Below, in pieces: positions 62,470 through 64,000 of a stretch of DNA of 64,000 bases (the first letter of the stretch is position 1; every line of letters begins with the position of its first letter). The notes below the pieces were generated by a model. The model worked only from the letters and a program-made list of their open reading frames with translations. It was not told the origin of the DNA and ran no database searches. Source of the DNA: Longimicrobiales bacterium. Its GTDB lineage: Bacteria; Gemmatimonadota; Gemmatimonadetes; Longimicrobiales; Gaopeijiaceae. The position numbers were made by a program, and so were the translations under genes. The stretch spans positions 960,001 through 1,024,000 of the forward strand of contig CBDFMQ010000002.1 of NCBI GenBank assembly GCA_965249725.1, in the 5' to 3' direction.

Positions 62470-63477
62470 TTAGAGAGCAATCTCCTGTGTCGTGAGGGAG
62501 GGGGTTGGAGGATTGATCCAGACGGCCTCCGGGAGCGGTTTGGGCTTCGGCTCACCGGAGACGAAGCGGTCGGGATGAGCGGCCCAGGCCTCGCGTAGCA
62601 CGGCCTGCCTGCCGGCGATGACCTGATCTGCATTCCCGAAGTGGACCTGTTCGGGGGTCAGCATCGAGATACCACCATGGCGGTGCTCGGCGTTGTACCA
62701 GCGGAAGAACGAGCGACAGAAGGTTTTGGCCTGGCCCTGATCCTCGAACCGTCCAGGAAACGAGGGATGGTACTTCAAGGTCTTGAACTGGGCTTCGGAG
62801 AACGGATTGTCATCCGACACCTGAGGTCGGCTCAGCGAGCGGGTCACCCCGAGATCGGCGAGGAGCTGAGCCGTGCATTGGCTCGTCATCGGAGCTCCTC
62901 GATCCGAGTGCAAGGTCAGGACCTGGGGCTGGACGCCATGCTTCAGGCAACTCTGCTGGATCAGGCGCCCGGCCAAGGCCGAGCTCTCCCGATCCGCCAC
63001 CATCCATCCCACGATGTAGCGGCTGAAGATGTCCATGATAACGTAGAGGTAGAAGTAGCTCCACTTCCTCGGCCCCAGCAGCCGTGTGATATCCCAGGAC
63101 CAGACCTGGCCCGGGCCCGTCGCCATCAACTCGGGTTTCTGGTATTCGGGATGACTCCGCTGCGCTCGGCGCTCTCGAACTGGCACTTGGGAGGCCAGAA
63201 CGCGATACATCGTACGTTCGCTGCACAGGTAGACGTCTTCGTCGAGCAGGGTCGCCACAACCTCGGCCGGGGACCGGTCCACGAATCGCTCCGAACACAG
63301 CGTGTCGAAGACCTTGTCTCGTTCCTTCTCGCTCAAGGCACGGGCTGGGGTCGGGCGGGGCTGCTGATGCCCGGTCGATGGCCTCCGACGACGATAGAAC
63401 GTGGCTCGGGCGACCCTGAGCGCATCGCACGCGGGCTTTACCCCTACGTACGTGGCCAGCGCCTCGGCCGCCTTCAC
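62470..63477 (-). CDS. IS3-family transposase OrfB (DDE)
   Basis: WSWDIT, DIFSR, LHSDRG, DNPFSEAQFKTLK. Confidence 0.93.
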   Translation of the reverse strand: MKAAEALATYVGVKPACDALRVARATFYRRRRPSTGHQQPRPTPARALSEKERDKVFDTLCSERFVDRSPAEVVATLLDEDVYLCSERTMYRVLASQVPVRERRAQRSHPEYQKPELMATGPGQVWSWDITRLLGPRKWSYFYLYVIMDIFSRYIVGWMVADRESSALAGRLIQQSCLKHGVQPQVLTLHSDRGAPMTSQCTAQLLADLGVTRSLSRPQVSDDNPFSEAQFKTLKYHPSFPGRFEDQGQAKTFCRSFFRWYNAEHRHGGISMLTPEQVHFGNADQVIAGRQAVLREAWAAHPDRFVSGEPKPKPLPEAVWINPPTPSLTTQEIAL

Positions 63478-63926
63478 GAGTTCGTCCCGTCCTTGAGGCT
63501 CAATCCCAGCAGCCCTGCAACTTTTCCCTGGACGTCGAGGATCAGGCGCGCCTTCTCGAGTTCCTTCTCCAGGCGAGTGTTCTCGCGCTCCAGCTTGCGC
63601 ACTTTCCCCTCCAGCGGATTCCGTTCGCTCGGCTTTCGACCTCGTCTCTTCGACAGCGCTCTCAGCGACCCACTCCGCACCGCCTTGCGCCATGTCGTCA
63701 GGTGCGACGAGTACAAGCCCTCCCGTCGCAGGAGTCGCCCTACCTCTCCCGGCTCCGTGCACCGGTCCGCTTCTTCGACGACCCGCAGCTTGTACGACGG
63801 ACTAAACCGTCGGCGCGTCGGCTTATCTACCACCTCCGCGTCCGGAGCAGCTGCCGCGCTTCGCTTACCCTCCCAGGTTAGTGGGGCGATTCCATTCTCT
63901 TCCATTCTCTCTCGGTGTCTCAGCAT
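63474..63926 (-). CDS. IS3-family OrfA (HTH)
   Basis: RRRFSPSYKLRVV, LLRREGLYSSHL..WR; GTGA overlap with orfB. Confidence 0.9.
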   Translation of the reverse strand: MLRHRERMEENGIAPLTWEGKRSAAAAPDAEVVDKPTRRRFSPSYKLRVVEEADRCTEPGEVGRLLRREGLYSSHLTTWRKAVRSGSLRALSKRRGRKPSERNPLEGKVRKLERENTRLEKELEKARLILDVQGKVAGLLGLSLKDGTNS

Positions 63927-64000
63927 CCTCGGTTTCTCTGCCTTCGCCCTACTCTAATTCTTTACTCGTTCCGTGTCTCACCTAAGTTGGCAGAGAGGGC

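Larger units (their letters stand above)
62437..63992 (-). mobile_element. IS3-family element, complete copy (~1556 bp)
   Basis: IRs TGTCAACGCCAGTGAGACAC / TGCCAACTTAGGTGAGACAC; orfA and orfB intact. Confidence 0.92.

Overview
GC-rich bacterial window. The gene order and the MSDPVARLNAALEGRY-type Ser/Thr kinases suggest Gemmatimonadota (inference). It has three zones. (1) 1-15 kb is an accessory patchwork: FAD oxidoreductase, class V aminotransferase, a Ser/Thr kinase plus kinase remnants, and a decaying integron cassette array with no integrase in the window. The array has ~100-bp attC sites, MazEF and BrnTA cassettes, and five interleaved copies of a ~50-60-bp promoter-like leader. (2) 15-58 kb is mostly core genes on the minus strand: pcm-surE-gpsA-plsY-der, tRNA-Gly(CCC), uvrC, murJ, bshC, rlmH, the lipid A/BAM operon with embedded mcsA-mcsB-clpC, lolD/lolCE, lysS, prfB. 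(3) 58-64 kb is an RNase R pseudogene cut by two inverted IS3-family copies that enclose an IS256 element, a ParE-type TA cassette, an attC of the same family and a vapC remnant. The top candidate novelty is a lipoprotein ORF at 28685-29365 that continues in frame through a TGA, directly followed by an fdhF-like SECIS hairpin, i.e. a putative unannotated selenoprotein. All product calls come from motif recognition by eye; no database search was run.
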